Of a DNA stretch of 64,000 nt, positions 28,495 to 39,322 are shown piece after piece; within the stretch, counting starts at the first letter, position 1, and each line of letters opens with the position of its first letter. Location: contig JBBABB010000001.1 of NCBI GenBank assembly GCA_041657885.1, positions 129,094-193,093 on the forward strand. Direction: 5' to 3'. The position numbers and the translations under genes were made by a program. Below the pieces are notes generated by a model. That model saw nothing but the letters and a program-made list of their open reading frames with translations, was not told the DNA's origin and did no database searches. Source of the stretch: Minisyncoccota bacterium. Its GTDB lineage: Bacteria > Patescibacteriota > Minisyncoccia > Phycocordibacterales > UBA9973.

Positions 28495-29670
28495 TTAAGG
28501 AAGAAGCTGAGAAAAGATAGATTTGAAAAAACTTTTTACTTCTTTTATATTTCCTCCAACAGAATTATTGGATTGGTCGTTTGAAAATTCATCACTTGAT
28601 GATAGTGCAAGTCCGAGTGCTGTGTACCAAGAGTTGTCACGAATTTTAAATTTATTATTCAGAGAATAATCTGCGGGACCAACTCTAGCTGGAAGTTTTA
28701 ATTGCATACGAGCAATTCCCTCTATGTTATTTATGGCGGAACCTCCACCAGTTATTATAATTCCAGCAGGGAGAAGTTCATTGCGTTTGAGACGTTTTAG
28801 ATTGTTGCCTACAAGTTCAAACATATCATTAAGTCGTGCTTCAACAATTTCATCTACTTTTTTCTTTGAATAATCTCCTCCTGTAACACTACCAAGTTTG
28901 ATACTCTCTGCTTCTTCAAGAGATATCCTAAGCCCTAAAGCAATATCTTTTGTAATATCCATACTGCCAATAGGGAATACCAGGACTGATATAGGCAAAT
29001 TATTTTCAAATACAGCGGTTGATACTGTCTCTGCTCCAATGTCCACAAGGACACACCCAGCTATCTTTTGTTTGTTGCTGAGAAGTATATTTCCAGTTAC
29101 TAGTGGAGATGCTATTATTTCTTCTATGTTTATTTTAGCGAGCGAAAATGCTGTAATGAGATCTTCTACGTTTTGTTTTAGGCAAGTTATAAATAGAGTT
29201 TTAACTTCTAATTTAATACCGCGCAAACCCTCGGGTCTGGCATAAATATCTTTCCCGTCTAGTTTGTATCCTATTGGAATAGTGTGAATTATTTTTTTAT
29301 TTAATATATCAAGATTCTCTTCGCTATTAGCTATGACTTTTGCTACATCAAGATTGGTTATTTCTTGGTCTGCCTTTGAGATTATGACTGAACCAGTTGA
29401 GACTGTTGAGCTGAGACTGATTCCACCTATGGAAACATAAGCTCTGCGAATTTTTATTCCTAAAATATTTTCAGCTTGTTTGACGGCCTTTTTAATACTC
29501 TCGGCAACAGCATCTACATTTGTAATATAATCAAAACGCATTCCTTTTGTTTCAGACGTTCCTGTGGTCAGTATGATAGGTTCATTTTTATTTTTATCAA
29601 AACCCATCACTACAACTTTTGTAGATTGTGTACCTATGTCTATGCCGACTGTAGTGTTATTTTTTATCAT
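28495..29670 (-). CDS. ftsA: Cell division protein FtsA
   Basis: GIDIGT, LVDIGAETV, ITKDIA, IITGGGS; upstream of ftsZ. Confidence 0.94.
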   Translation of the reverse strand: MIKNNTTVGIDIGTQSTKVVVMGFDKNKNEPIILTTGTSETKGMRFDYITNVDAVAESIKKAVKQAENILGIKIRRAYVSIGGISLSSTVSTGSVIISKADQEITNLDVAKVIANSEENLDILNKKIIHTIPIGYKLDGKDIYARPEGLRGIKLEVKTLFITCLKQNVEDLITAFSLAKINIEEIIASPLVTGNILLSNKQKIAGCVLVDIGAETVSTAVFENNLPISVLVFPIGSMDITKDIALGLRISLEEAESIKLGSVTGGDYSKKKVDEIVEARLNDMFELVGNNLKRLKRNELLPAGIIITGGGSAINNIEGIARMQLKLPARVGPADYSLNNKFKIRDNSWYTALGLALSSSDEFSNDQSNNSVGGNIKEVKSFFKSIFSQLLP

Positions 29671-29695
29671 GATGAAGAAAAAGAAAGACAATCTC

Positions 29696-30082
29696 TTATG
29701 AAAAAATTTTAAGATATTTTCTCTCCTGCCTCTCCATTATACTACTATGTTCGAAACCTTTCAAATGTAACATTCCGTGGATAACCAAGTATTTTAAAAA
29801 TTGAGGATAAGACATCTCAAAAAGTAAGGCGTCCTTTTTTACCTTGACGGGGTCAATGGTAATTTCCCCTGACATTTTTGAAAGTGGAAAAGAAAGAATG
29901 TTTGTTGTTTCATTTTTTCCTCTGTATTTTTGATTGATTTGTTTTTGTTTTAAAGAAGAGAGAAAACTTATTCCGAGCTCGTATTTTTCTCCTAGGATTT
30001 TATTTTTAATAGATACAAAAGGCAAGCTTGGAAGCTTGCCTTTTGTATAATTTTTAATTGTACAAAAACCAGTGTCTGACAT
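29696..30082 (-). CDS. ybeY: rRNA maturation endoribonuclease YbeY
   Basis: NQKYRGKNETTNILSF, HGMLHLKGFEH. Confidence 0.92.
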   Translation of the reverse strand: MSDTGFCTIKNYTKGKLPSLPFVSIKNKILGEKYELGISFLSSLKQKQINQKYRGKNETTNILSFPLSKMSGEITIDPVKVKKDALLFEMSYPQFLKYLVIHGMLHLKGFEHSSIMERQERKYLKIFS

Positions 30083-30088
30083 AAATGT

Positions 30089-30340
30089 TTATTTGTGCCC
30101 TCTCTTTTTGAGAATCTTAGTTACTTTACCTAATTTTATAAGTTTTTCTTGATTTTTCTGACGAATTAATCTCTTCAAAGTAGCTCTCTTAATCTTAACT
30201 TTAGATTCAGTTCTTTCATTATATCGCTTACTTTTGACTTTTTGAATAATACCTGACTCTTGTACTTTGCGAGTAAACCGGCGGATAAGATTCATATTGC
30301 TTTCATTTGCATTTTTCTTTACTTCTATAACTGTAATCAT
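30089..30340 (-). CDS. rpsU: 30S ribosomal protein S21-like
   Basis: EVKKNANES..LIRRFTRKVQESGI; small and basic. Confidence 0.7.
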   Translation of the reverse strand: MITVIEVKKNANESNMNLIRRFTRKVQESGIIQKVKSKRYNERTESKVKIKRATLKRLIRQKNQEKLIKLGKVTKILKKRGHK

Positions 30341-30381
30341 GGTTGTTATATTATCATATACTTATAAAAAAGACAAACAAA

Positions 30382-30405
30382 AAGCCCAGACATACGTCCG
30401 GGCTT
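30382..30405 (-). terminator. Terminator downstream of 30429-31556
   Basis: AAGCCCAGAC-ATAC-GTCCGGGCTT with A-run on + strand. Confidence 0.55.
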
Positions 30406-30428
30406 GTTCGTTATTCGAAGAGCAATGC

Positions 30429-31556
30429 TTACTTTGGGCTCTCCGGTGTTGTTACCGAGGCTCCAGCTTTTTCCAGGTCGGCTATGTTAGCATTGTGGTA
30501 TTTCACCACGAGCTTAGCAGCCAATTCAGGATACATCTGGTCTTTCACCTTTTCGTCTGTGTAAACGACCGGGTGGTTTTCTCCGGCGAGCTCAAGACTG
30601 GTGAATTTACCGATTTTTTTCACTTTGCCGGGAGCGCTGACGAATGCATTTTGGCAGAAACTAGCGATCCAACCAAGCTCAACCCATTCCTGCGTATCAT
30701 TGTTCCAGTTGAAACCGACAAGGACAGTTGTTTTGTCGAGACCAGTTATGGCAAATCGATCGTAAGATAATGCCATTTTAACAGCACGGGGTTTTGTGGT
30801 TGCGATGGTTTTAATCACAAGGTCGGGCATCACACCTCTTTCTCCCATAGCTGGATGATCAGTTAGCTTTTCAATCAAATTGTCTTCGGTAATAGCCTCG
30901 CCGATTGGATTGTTATTCTCCAACCATTCATCTGTTACTTTTTCCGGAGCGATGATCGGGAGCTGGTTTTTGAGCTTCTCAATTTGAGCGTCTCTGATCG
31001 CTAATCTGTTATCCAATGAGGAAATTCTTTCGAGGTAATGATTAATCAAAGCCTGAATTCTTTTGTTACATGCTCCCTTATCTTCTTTGCGGAATTTTCG
31101 GGAACGGAGCCAGACAAACAAGAAAATTAAAGTAGATAATCCAAATCCAATACAGAAGAAAATCCAAGCCGGAGAAACTTTTTTCTCGGAGTTTGTCTTG
31201 GTAACTACCGGTGGCTGAGCTTCCTTGGGAACATTTGCTTTAGTCCTATTCACACTCGGCAAAGTAGGCCTAAATGCATAGTCGCGATCCCTTTCGTCAA
31301 GGAATTGACCAACTATGCTGGTTTCCGTTTCGCCCGGCAACACTTCGTGCTCAAATATATCTTCAGCATCAAGCTTGAATGCAAGCAGTTGATTGGGGAA
31401 GATTGAATCGGGGTTCGTTACGCCTCTTTCAGCGTTAATTCCTACCGATCTTGCGATAATATTCGCAATTTCAGTTTCGCGTTTAGATACATCCTGGCTG
31501 AATGCCAGAGTCATGCCCACAACGAGCACAAGCGGAAGATAAAAAAACTTTTTCAT
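30429..31556 (-). CDS. Hypothetical exported/TM protein with LysM-like segment
   Basis: Signal peptide, NPDSIFPNQLL, internal TM helix, coiled coil; visibly GC-richer than flanks. Confidence 0.7.
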   Translation of the reverse strand: MKKFFYLPLVLVVGMTLAFSQDVSKRETEIANIIARSVGINAERGVTNPDSIFPNQLLAFKLDAEDIFEHEVLPGETETSIVGQFLDERDRDYAFRPTLPSVNRTKANVPKEAQPPVVTKTNSEKKVSPAWIFFCIGFGLSTLIFLFVWLRSRKFRKEDKGACNKRIQALINHYLERISSLDNRLAIRDAQIEKLKNQLPIIAPEKVTDEWLENNNPIGEAITEDNLIEKLTDHPAMGERGVMPDLVIKTIATTKPRAVKMALSYDRFAITGLDKTTVLVGFNWNNDTQEWVELGWIASFCQNAFVSAPGKVKKIGKFTSLELAGENHPVVYTDEKVKDQMYPELAAKLVVKYHNANIADLEKAGASVTTPESPK

Positions 31557-31652
31557 CGTTCTTAAGTATTAATTTAACAAAAAACACATATATTCAATTA
31601 TTCAGTAGAACTCTATCATATAATTGACAAAATGTCAAGGATGTGTAATCGT

Positions 31653-31683
31653 AAAATGAGCTAGGCAAGACCTAACTCATTTT
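31653..31683. repeat. REP-like palindrome (CTAGG-N5-CCTA)
   Basis: AAAATGAGCTAGG-CAAGA-CCTAACTCATTTT; core is the reverse complement of 10338-10352 with one mismatch. Confidence 0.55.
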
Positions 31684-31697
31684 GTAATTTAAGAGTT

Positions 31698-33671
31698 TTA
31701 GAGTAAATCCTCCGGGTCAACATTTATAGAAAAAGATAGAGGAAGGTGAGATAATGTCTCGTAGAGAACTTCATCTATTTTTTTCTCCCCATTTTCTATT
31801 AAAGGCCAAAAATCAGGATTAACTTTGATAACTGTGTTTGTAATATACTGACCTTTTATTTTACTGATGAATGCACTAAATATTTGCGGTTCATAATTAC
31901 TTAATAATTTTTCAATAAAATTTCTGGCCTTTTCTGTATCAGGGGCTGTTCCCTCAAAAGTAATTTTTATTAGTCGTTTAAAAGGAGGATAGCCAAAATC
32001 ACATCTCTCTTTCAAGTCCTCTCGACAAAGTGGAAGGACATTGCCACTGATTATATATTGTAGAATTTTATTTTCTGGCATGCGTGTCTGAATTACGAGA
32101 TTATTGGTAGTTACATAATGTAGCTTTTCTATAATGTGTAATATTTTTTGTGTAATGTTGAAACTGGGTATTGAAAAAAGACCATCAAGTGATATCACTG
32201 CGCTTGAGTGAATTTCATCTTGTAGATAAGAGAATACCATTTCAGTTCCGATTAATATACTTCCTGGAGTTTTGCTAAATTGTGTTATGGCGTTTTTTGC
32301 TTCTTTTGGAGTCGGTGTTGCTTCTTTGTCTATTTGGATAACTTTTACCTTGGGATATAAGCTTTTTATCTCCTCATAAACTTTGTCTGTTCCAATTCCA
32401 AGTGGAGTTAAATTCCAACTTGAACATTTTGGGCAACTAATTTCTGTTTTTTCTTTACGACCACATTTATTGCACATAAAAATTCTTGGGGTTGTAGATT
32501 TAGTTGCAGTTATTTGCTTCGTGCCATATAAGACAATGGGAGTAGAGCAAGAAGGGCATAAAAGAGTATTACCACAATCATTACAAACAGTTATAGGAGC
32601 TAATCCTTTACGAACAGAAAATAAAAAAACTGATTTATTTTTTTTAATCGCCACATCAATCATTTTTTTTGTTGTATTAGAAATTGTTGTAAAAACTTTT
32701 TTACCTTTTTCATTCACTTCTTCTTTCATATCCACAACAATTTGACGTTCTGTTTGAGGAAGACGATATAAGGGAGATAATATTTCTCCAAGTTCTCCTT
32801 GTTCGTGTCTATATAATGTCTCTGGACGAAGTAGTGTGTCTCCCAAAATTAGTTTTGTTTTTTGAATTGAAGATAAAACTTCAGCAAAACTTCTTATATC
32901 TATGTAAGGTCTTGCGATTTGTTTGTATGTGTCAGAGCTTTCATGTTCTAAAATAACTGTTTTTATATCAGAGCGAGGTATAGACATAAATATACCAGTA
33001 CCAATAATGAGAATGGGGTGAGTTTCACTTATCGCAGAATTATACATATTTACCAGTTTCTTTTTTGGCATATCAGAGTGAAAAGTAAAAACGTACTGTT
33101 CTATTCCCTTGGCAAGTTCTTTATTGAAATGGTCTATATCATAATGGTTTGGAACACACATAAAGACGGATTCTTTCTTGGCAAATGCTTCTCTGATAAG
33201 AGTGCGATAAAAAGCTAAACGATCAGGTTGAACTGCTTGGAAAATTAATTTTTCATGCTTCGCCTCGCCGGAGCCTTGTGCAGAGGCGGGTTTCGCCTCG
33301 CTTTCATTTTTACCTTCGTTTTTTTTGAGCTTACTTATATTCTCAATAAAAACTGATGGCAAGAGAGATTTAATAACAGAACCAGTATTACTAACTGTAT
33401 ATTTTTTAATTTTTTGACAAGCGATGAAAAAACTTTTATTGAAAGGTGAATCACCTTTTATTTTAATTATTTTTTTTAATTGATAGTCGGCATTTTTGAT
33501 GTCAGATTTTATATCTCTAGCTTCCTCCATATTAATAACAATTGCATCAAAAACTCTAGATCTAACCGGAATAGAAACAATACTTCCAATAGGGATATCA
33601 TTTGCGGAGAAATAAGATAAATATTCCTTTTGAGCTCCTTTTTGTATTGGTATAACAGTAGCGATATACAT
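31698..33671 (-). CDS. priA: Primosomal protein N' (PriA), degenerate helicase motifs
   Basis: Four CxxC pairs, LGIGTDKV, GYPPF, VDPEDLL terminus. Confidence 0.85.
   Translation of the reverse strand: MYIATVIPIQKGAQKEYLSYFSANDIPIGSIVSIPVRSRVFDAIVINMEEARDIKSDIKNADYQLKKIIKIKGDSPFNKSFFIACQKIKKYTVSNTGSVIKSLLPSVFIENISKLKKNEGKNESEAKPASAQGSGEAKHEKLIFQAVQPDRLAFYRTLIREAFAKKESVFMCVPNHYDIDHFNKELAKGIEQYVFTFHSDMPKKKLVNMYNSAISETHPILIIGTGIFMSIPRSDIKTVILEHESSDTYKQIARPYIDIRSFAEVLSSIQKTKLILGDTLLRPETLYRHEQGELGEILSPLYRLPQTERQIVVDMKEEVNEKGKKVFTTISNTTKKMIDVAIKKNKSVFLFSVRKGLAPITVCNDCGNTLLCPSCSTPIVLYGTKQITATKSTTPRIFMCNKCGRKEKTEISCPKCSSWNLTPLGIGTDKVYEEIKSLYPKVKVIQIDKEATPTPKEAKNAITQFSKTPGSILIGTEMVFSYLQDEIHSSAVISLDGLFSIPSFNITQKILHIIEKLHYVTTNNLVIQTRMPENKILQYIISGNVLPLCREDLKERCDFGYPPFKRLIKITFEGTAPDTEKARNFIEKLLSNYEPQIFSAFISKIKGQYITNTVIKVNPDFWPLIENGEKKIDEVLYETLSHLPLSFSINVDPEDLL
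33258..33290 (-). repeat. 33-nt CCGCC...CGGCG element, in-frame in priA
   Basis: CCCGCCTCTGCACAAGGCTCCGGCGAGGCGAAG = PASAQGSGEAK. Confidence 0.75.
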
Positions 33672-33759
33672 ATTTATATCGTACCATATAGATATAAAAT
33701 AAACACAATTTCTGAATTGATAATTTTATGCTATAATCACTTTGTTTCTATACATAATT

Positions 33760-34773
33760 ATGTCTATATTTTTTAAAAAACTAGGGATAGATCTAGGCAC
33801 GGCGAATACGCTGGTATACCTTCCAAACAAAGGGATTGTTTTAAACGAGCCTTCTGTTGTTGCAGTATCAGAGCAAGATAACACTATTCTAGCAATCGGG
33901 ATTGAGGCGAAAGACATGATAGGTAAAACACCTGAGAATATTATTGTGTATCGTCCTATGAAAGATGGTGTTATCGCTGATTACAGAGTGACAGAAGCAA
34001 TGCTTCGATATTTTATTACTAAAACTCTCGGCAAATATAATTTATTTAAACCAGATGTGATGGTTTCTGTTCCAGCCGGAATTACTTCAACAGAACGTCG
34101 GGCAGTTGTTGAGGCAGCAATTAGAGCTGGAGCAAAAAATGCATACGTTGTGAAAGAGCCGATACTAGCAGCTATTGGTGCAGGTATTCCTATTCAAGAA
34201 TCAAAAGGTTATATGATTATGGATATAGGAGGAGGAACGACTGATATAGCGGTTATTGCTCTTGGAGGAATAGTGGCATCAACTTCTGTAAAATGTGCAG
34301 GGGACAAGATAGACCAAGCTATTACTGATTATATTAAGAAAACTTTTAATCTTGCGATTGGAGATAAAACTGCGGAAGCTATTAAAATAAAAATAGGGGC
34401 AGCAGTCCCACTTGAAGAAGAATTAACTATTACGATTAAGGGACGCGATTATATCCAAGGTCTTCCTCGTACAGCACAAATCTCTACCAATGAAATAGTC
34501 AGAGCTATAGATAAAGAGTTACGCACTATGATTGGGGCCGTTAAAGATGTTTTGGCCCTTACTCCACCGGAATTAGCAGCAGATATTATAGATGATGGAA
34601 TAATTATGACTGGTGGGTCAGCACTGCTTCGAAACATGGCTGATTTGGTTTATCGTCGCACGGGGGTAAAAGCTCGTGTTGCCGATGAACCTCTTTTATG
34701 TGTTGCAAAAGGAACAGGAGAAGCACTCAATCATTTAGATACTTACAAGAAAAGTATTTTAAGCAAAAAATAA
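33760..34773 (+). CDS. mreB: Rod shape-determining protein MreB
   Basis: GIDLGTANT, EPSVVA, RPMKDGVIAD, DIGGGTTD, TPPELAAD. Confidence 0.97.
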   Translation: MSIFFKKLGIDLGTANTLVYLPNKGIVLNEPSVVAVSEQDNTILAIGIEAKDMIGKTPENIIVYRPMKDGVIADYRVTEAMLRYFITKTLGKYNLFKPDVMVSVPAGITSTERRAVVEAAIRAGAKNAYVVKEPILAAIGAGIPIQESKGYMIMDIGGGTTDIAVIALGGIVASTSVKCAGDKIDQAITDYIKKTFNLAIGDKTAEAIKIKIGAAVPLEEELTITIKGRDYIQGLPRTAQISTNEIVRAIDKELRTMIGAVKDVLALTPPELAADIIDDGIIMTGGSALLRNMADLVYRRTGVKARVADEPLLCVAKGTGEALNHLDTYKKSILSKK

Positions 34774-34813
34774 CCTAGCCAAAAGCTATCGCATTTAGGT
34801 GGGTAAATCTTTC

Positions 34814-35506
34814 ATGTTTGAAGAAAAATTCCCTAAAAATTTATATCATAGTTATGTAATAGAAGGAGAGCCGAACAGAACAGCGACGGAGTTGCTTAAA
34901 TTTTTGGAAGTTCGTGGTGAAGTAGAAAGTCAGAGTCCGGATGTATTATGTCAAGTTTATGAATCGTTTACAATGGACGATAGTGGAGAAATTAAAGATT
35001 GGCATAGCAGACTTGGTATAAGTAAAAGTAAAAAAATTTGTATCTTAGCTACCAAATTTATAAATCGTGAAGCAGAACAGGCACTTTTAAAAATAATAGA
35101 GGAGCCAGCAATTAATACACATTTTTTTATAATTGTTCCAGATGCTTCTCTTTTATTAGATACGATTATATCTAGAACTCATGTAATAAAAATAAAACAA
35201 CCAGCCGATATTGATTTACAAAAATCTGCACTTGCTTTCTTATCATCAACACCCAAGGATAGAATAAATAAAGTCGCCTTAATTATTAAAGAAAATAAGG
35301 ACGAAGAAAATAGTGGTAAATTAAGGTCTTACGCAACTATTTTTATAAATGAGCTGGAGAGTATTGTTTATCAAAAATTCAAAAAAGACAAAAATAATCA
35401 GAAAATTATTTTTGTCTTAAGCGAATTACAAAAAAGCCGAGAATATTTAAGTACCCCAGGAGCTTCAGTTAAAATGATTTTAGAACATTTAGCACTTGTG
35501 ATATAA
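34814..35506 (+). CDS. DNA polymerase III delta' subunit-like
   Basis: HSYVIEG, EAEQALLKIIEEP, LLDTIISR. Confidence 0.8.
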   Translation: MFEEKFPKNLYHSYVIEGEPNRTATELLKFLEVRGEVESQSPDVLCQVYESFTMDDSGEIKDWHSRLGISKSKKICILATKFINREAEQALLKIIEEPAINTHFFIIVPDASLLLDTIISRTHVIKIKQPADIDLQKSALAFLSSTPKDRINKVALIIKENKDEENSGKLRSYATIFINELESIVYQKFKKDKNNQKIIFVLSELQKSREYLSTPGASVKMILEHLALVI

Positions 35507-35547
35507 TAAAGTGGTTAATAATTTGTTCCGCTTTAAATTTAAAAAAT

Positions 35548-36081
35548 ATGGTATACAACACACAAAATTTTAAAATTGAATTAAAAAAGATTGAAGAATG
35601 GTTAGGCAAAGAATATTCACAAGTCCATACTGGGCGAGCAACTCCTATGGTATTAGATAGTATTCTAGTTGAAAGTTATGGAAGTCATATGCCGATAAAA
35701 AATGTCGCAGGGATTACAATAGAAGACCCGAAAACGCTTCGCATTGCTCCGTGGGATAAAAATCAAATTAAAGATATTGAAAATGCAATTAATGCTTCAA
35801 ACCTTGGTTTGTCTGTAGTTTCAGACAGTGATGGAGTTCGAGTAATTTTTCCAATGCTCACCACTGAGAATCGTACAAAGCTCGTAAAAGTTTTAAAAGA
35901 GAAATTGGAAGATGCTCGTATAAGTGTCCGAAAAGAACGCCAGAATGAAATAGATAAATTAGCTGACTTATCAGAAGACGAAAAGAAAAGAGGTAAAGAT
36001 GATATCCAGAAAGTGGTAGACGAGTCCAATAACAACCTAGAAGCGATATTTAATAAAAAAGAAAATGAAATAATGAATTAG
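35548..36081 (+). CDS. frr: Ribosome recycling factor
   Basis: HTGRATP, IAPWD, PMLTTENR, EDARISVR. Confidence 0.96.
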   Translation: MVYNTQNFKIELKKIEEWLGKEYSQVHTGRATPMVLDSILVESYGSHMPIKNVAGITIEDPKTLRIAPWDKNQIKDIENAINASNLGLSVVSDSDGVRVIFPMLTTENRTKLVKVLKEKLEDARISVRKERQNEIDKLADLSEDEKKRGKDDIQKVVDESNNNLEAIFNKKENEIMN

Positions 36082-36084
36082 GAG

Positions 36085-37230
36085 ATGAACATAATTATTT
36101 TCATCATTATTTTACTTGTGCTTGTCGTTTCCCACGAATTTGGGCATTTTATTGTTGCAAAGATGAATAAGATAAGAGTAGACGAATTCTCTTTTGGTTT
36201 CCCCCCAAAACTTTTTGGTAAAAAAATAGGGGAAACAACTTACAATTTTAATCTATTGCCTCTTGGCGGATATGTGAAAATTTTTGGAGAGAGTCTTGAT
36301 GAAGCTGATTTTTTAGAAGTTGGATTTTTAGACAAAGGAGAAACTCCAGAGAAAGTTGAAATGTCAAAAAGAAGTATGGCCTATAAGCCCAAATACATTC
36401 AAGCAATGGTTCTTTTTGCTGGGATTACGATGAACTTACTGGTAGCATGGTTGCTTCTTTCAATTGGCTTTATGTCTGGCCTTCCTACATCAGTGGGTAA
36501 TGCACCCAAAGGAGCAATTATTCAAAATCAAGCTCTTACCATTACAAGTGTACTCGCAGGTTCGCCCGCAGAAATTGGTGGAGTTAAGGTTGGAGATAAA
36601 ATTATATCACTTGATACTCCTACAGATTCAACTCTTCTTTTATCTTCAAATTTGGGAACTGAAAGCGTTCAAACTTTCGTAAAAACTCACGGTGGCGAAA
36701 AAGTAAACCTATCATTAATTCGTGGTAAAGAACCAATGAATGTGATTGTCGTACCAGAGAAAAGCAAAACTGGCGATAGTGTAATGATTGGTATTTCTAT
36801 GGATACGATTGGGACATTGAAATTGCCAATACACAAAGCGATCTGGGAAGGAGCCAAATTAACTTGGGATGTGACAGTTGGAACTGTCATTGGGTTTTAT
36901 AATTTGATAACAAGTGCTGTTGTTGGTAAAGCAGATATAAACTCTCTCACTGGTCCAATAGGGATTGTTGGAGTTGTTGGTGATGCGGCAAAATTTGGAT
37001 TTATTTATCTACTTTCATTCACTGCACTTATTTCAATCAATCTCGCTGTTATAAATCTCGTCCCATTTCCAGCACTTGATGGAGGACGATTGCTATTCTT
37101 ATTGATAGAAAAAATTAAAGGTTCACGCATCAAACCAAAAATCGCAAATACAGTAAATGCAATTGGTTTTGGTTTACTAATGCTTCTAATGGTCATCATA
37201 ACCTATCACGATATTGTGAAATTGCTCTAA
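36085..37230 (+). CDS. rseP: RIP metalloprotease RseP
   Basis: HEFGH, PLGGYV, PDZ segment, NLVPFPALDGG. Confidence 0.95.
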   Translation: MNIIIFIIILLVLVVSHEFGHFIVAKMNKIRVDEFSFGFPPKLFGKKIGETTYNFNLLPLGGYVKIFGESLDEADFLEVGFLDKGETPEKVEMSKRSMAYKPKYIQAMVLFAGITMNLLVAWLLLSIGFMSGLPTSVGNAPKGAIIQNQALTITSVLAGSPAEIGGVKVGDKIISLDTPTDSTLLLSSNLGTESVQTFVKTHGGEKVNLSLIRGKEPMNVIVVPEKSKTGDSVMIGISMDTIGTLKLPIHKAIWEGAKLTWDVTVGTVIGFYNLITSAVVGKADINSLTGPIGIVGVVGDAAKFGFIYLLSFTALISINLAVINLVPFPALDGGRLLFLLIEKIKGSRIKPKIANTVNAIGFGLLMLLMVIITYHDIVKLL

Positions 37231-37247
37231 AATTACAACACAAATTA

Positions 37248-37276
37248 AAATTTTAGTAGTCGGACTACTAAAATTT
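37248..37276. terminator. Hairpin after rseP
   Basis: AAATTTTAGTAGT-CGG-ACTACTAAAATTT. Confidence 0.5.
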
Positions 37277-37347
37277 ATTATTTTACATTTTAAAAAATAT
37301 ATGATATACTACTAATACATTTGAACGCCTTTTGGCGATTTTATTTT

Positions 37348-39219
37348 ATGGAAATTAGAAATATAGCAATAATCGCCCACGTGGACCATGGAAAAACCAC
37401 TTTGACTGACCAGATGATGAAGCAATGCGGAATGGTGAAAGAAGGGGTTACCATGGATTCAAACGCTCTTGAACTTGAGCGTGGTATTACTATATATTCC
37501 AAAAACACTTCAGTAATTTATAAAGGAAAAAAAATAAATATTGTAGATACTCCAGGCCACGCGGACTTCGGTTCTGAAGTTGAGCGTGTTCTTCGCGCGA
37601 TTGATTCTGTGCTTCTACTTGTAGATGCGCAAGAAGGTCCAATGCCTCAAACTCGCTTTGTTTTGAAAAAGTCCCTTGAGTTAGGACTTAAACCGATTGT
37701 TGTAATAAATAAAATAGATAAGCCAGCCTCAAACCCAGCTCGCGTTCATGATGAGATACTTGAACTTTTCTTGGAGCTTGGAGCTACTCAAGAACAAATT
37801 GATTTCAAATATTTATACGCTATAAGTCGCCAAGGAATAGCAAAATTAAAACTTGAAGATGAATCCAAAGATTTAACTCCTTTATTTGATCTAATACTTT
37901 CTGAAGTTAAAGAAGCATCTGTCGATAAAAACGCTCCTTTTCGGGCGCAAGTTTTTAATCTTGGCTATGATAACTTTTTGGGGCGTTTGGCTATCGTTCG
38001 CGCTTATGCTGGGTCTATTAAAACTAGCTCTCAAATTATAGTAAAAGATACTGTTGGTAATTCTCGTAATGCTCGCATTTCTAAAATATTTACTTTCCAG
38101 GGGATAGATAGAAAAGAAGTAAGCGTATTAAATACTGGAGATATCGCTATTATCGCTGGAATTCCCGATGTCTATATTGGAGAAACAATTTGTGATGATA
38201 TAAATACGCAAGCTCTTCCCTCTATTGATATAGATGAACCAACAATTTCCTTAAATTTTTTAGTAAATGATTCTCCTTTTGCAGGTCGTGAAGGTAAGTA
38301 TGTGACGGGTAGACAAATAAGAGAGCGTCTCGAAAAAGAACTTGAAATGAACGTTGGTCTTCGAATCAACTTTGATGTTCCAGATGAAGAATTAGGAAAA
38401 GAAGCCCGCCCGAACGACGCAGTCGGGCAGGGATTTCTTGTCTACGGACGTGGTGAATTACATATTGCAGTACTACTAGAAAATATGCGTCGTGAAGGAT
38501 ATGAGCTCCAAGTTTCTCAGCCCCACGTAATTATAAAACCTGCCCGCCCTCACGAAAGTTCGGGAGCAGGCGGGGAAGAAAAAGTAACTATGTTGGAGCC
38601 GTATGAAGAAGCAACCATTGATGTCAGGAGTGAATTTTCTGGTTCAGTTATAGAAAAATTAACTGCGCGCCGAGGAATTATAACAAATATGCATGAGAAA
38701 GAAGGAATTGTTCGAATGTTGATAGAGATACCCACTCGAGGATTGCTCGGATATCGTGGACAATTTATTGTAGATACTAAAGGTGAAGGAATACTTGCTT
38801 CAAGATTTATTGGATTTAAAAATTATGCAGGAGAAATAAAAAAGCGAGATGTGGGGTCTATGACTTCAATGATTAATGGTAAAGTTGTTGCATTCTCACT
38901 TTGGACTCTACAAGAAAGAGGAACTCTGTATGTAGAGCATGGAGATGAAGTATATGAAGGAATGGTTATTGGAAATGTTATAAAAGGAGATGAATTGACG
39001 GTTAATCCAACAAAAGGGAAACAACTTTCCAATATGCGTTCTTCAGGCACTGATGAAGCAATCAATGTTAAGCCACCATATAAGTTGTCTATTGAGCGAG
39101 GACTTGAGGTTATGGCTGAAGATGAATATCTTGAAATTACACCCCAAAATACTCGCTTACGCAAGAAGCTTCTAACGGAACAAGACCGATCAAAATCAAA
39201 AACAGCTAAAAATAAGTGA
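37348..39219 (+). CDS. typA: Translational GTPase TypA/BipA (two short in-frame inserts)
   Basis: [35 protein letters not shown]. Confidence 0.97.
   Translation: MEIRNIAIIAHVDHGKTTLTDQMMKQCGMVKEGVTMDSNALELERGITIYSKNTSVIYKGKKINIVDTPGHADFGSEVERVLRAIDSVLLLVDAQEGPMPQTRFVLKKSLELGLKPIVVINKIDKPASNPARVHDEILELFLELGATQEQIDFKYLYAISRQGIAKLKLEDESKDLTPLFDLILSEVKEASVDKNAPFRAQVFNLGYDNFLGRLAIVRAYAGSIKTSSQIIVKDTVGNSRNARISKIFTFQGIDRKEVSVLNTGDIAIIAGIPDVYIGETICDDINTQALPSIDIDEPTISLNFLVNDSPFAGREGKYVTGRQIRERLEKELEMNVGLRINFDVPDEELGKEARPNDAVGQGFLVYGRGELHIAVLLENMRREGYELQVSQPHVIIKPARPHESSGAGGEEKVTMLEPYEEATIDVRSEFSGSVIEKLTARRGIITNMHEKEGIVRMLIEIPTRGLLGYRGQFIVDTKGEGILASRFIGFKNYAGEIKKRDVGSMTSMINGKVVAFSLWTLQERGTLYVEHGDEVYEGMVIGNVIKGDELTVNPTKGKQLSNMRSSGTDEAINVKPPYKLSIERGLEVMAEDEYLEITPQNTRLRKKLLTEQDRSKSKTAKNK
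38404..38430 (+). repeat. In-frame palindromic insert in typA (ARPNDAVGQ)
   Basis: GCCCGCCCGAACGACGCAGTCGGGCAG; GCCCGA/TCGGGC stem; GC-rich patch in AT-rich gene. Confidence 0.65.
38539..38574 (+). repeat. 36-nt in-frame element ([12 protein letters not shown]) in typA
   Basis: Identical to 43646-43681 in mnmA. Confidence 0.95.
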
Positions 39220-39322
39220 TACATTTATAAGGTGAATAATAAGGATTTAAATTAGTTGACTTTATTTGATAGTAATGATATTATGGCAAATAGATAATTA
39301 GTTAGGTTAAATTTTAATTCAA

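Noticed and set aside
38539-38574. Intein or self-splicing intron explanation for the in-frame inserts
   Set aside because: Far too short, no Cys/Ser...His-Asn intein ends and no group I/II core; RNA-level removal is not excluded but unsupported
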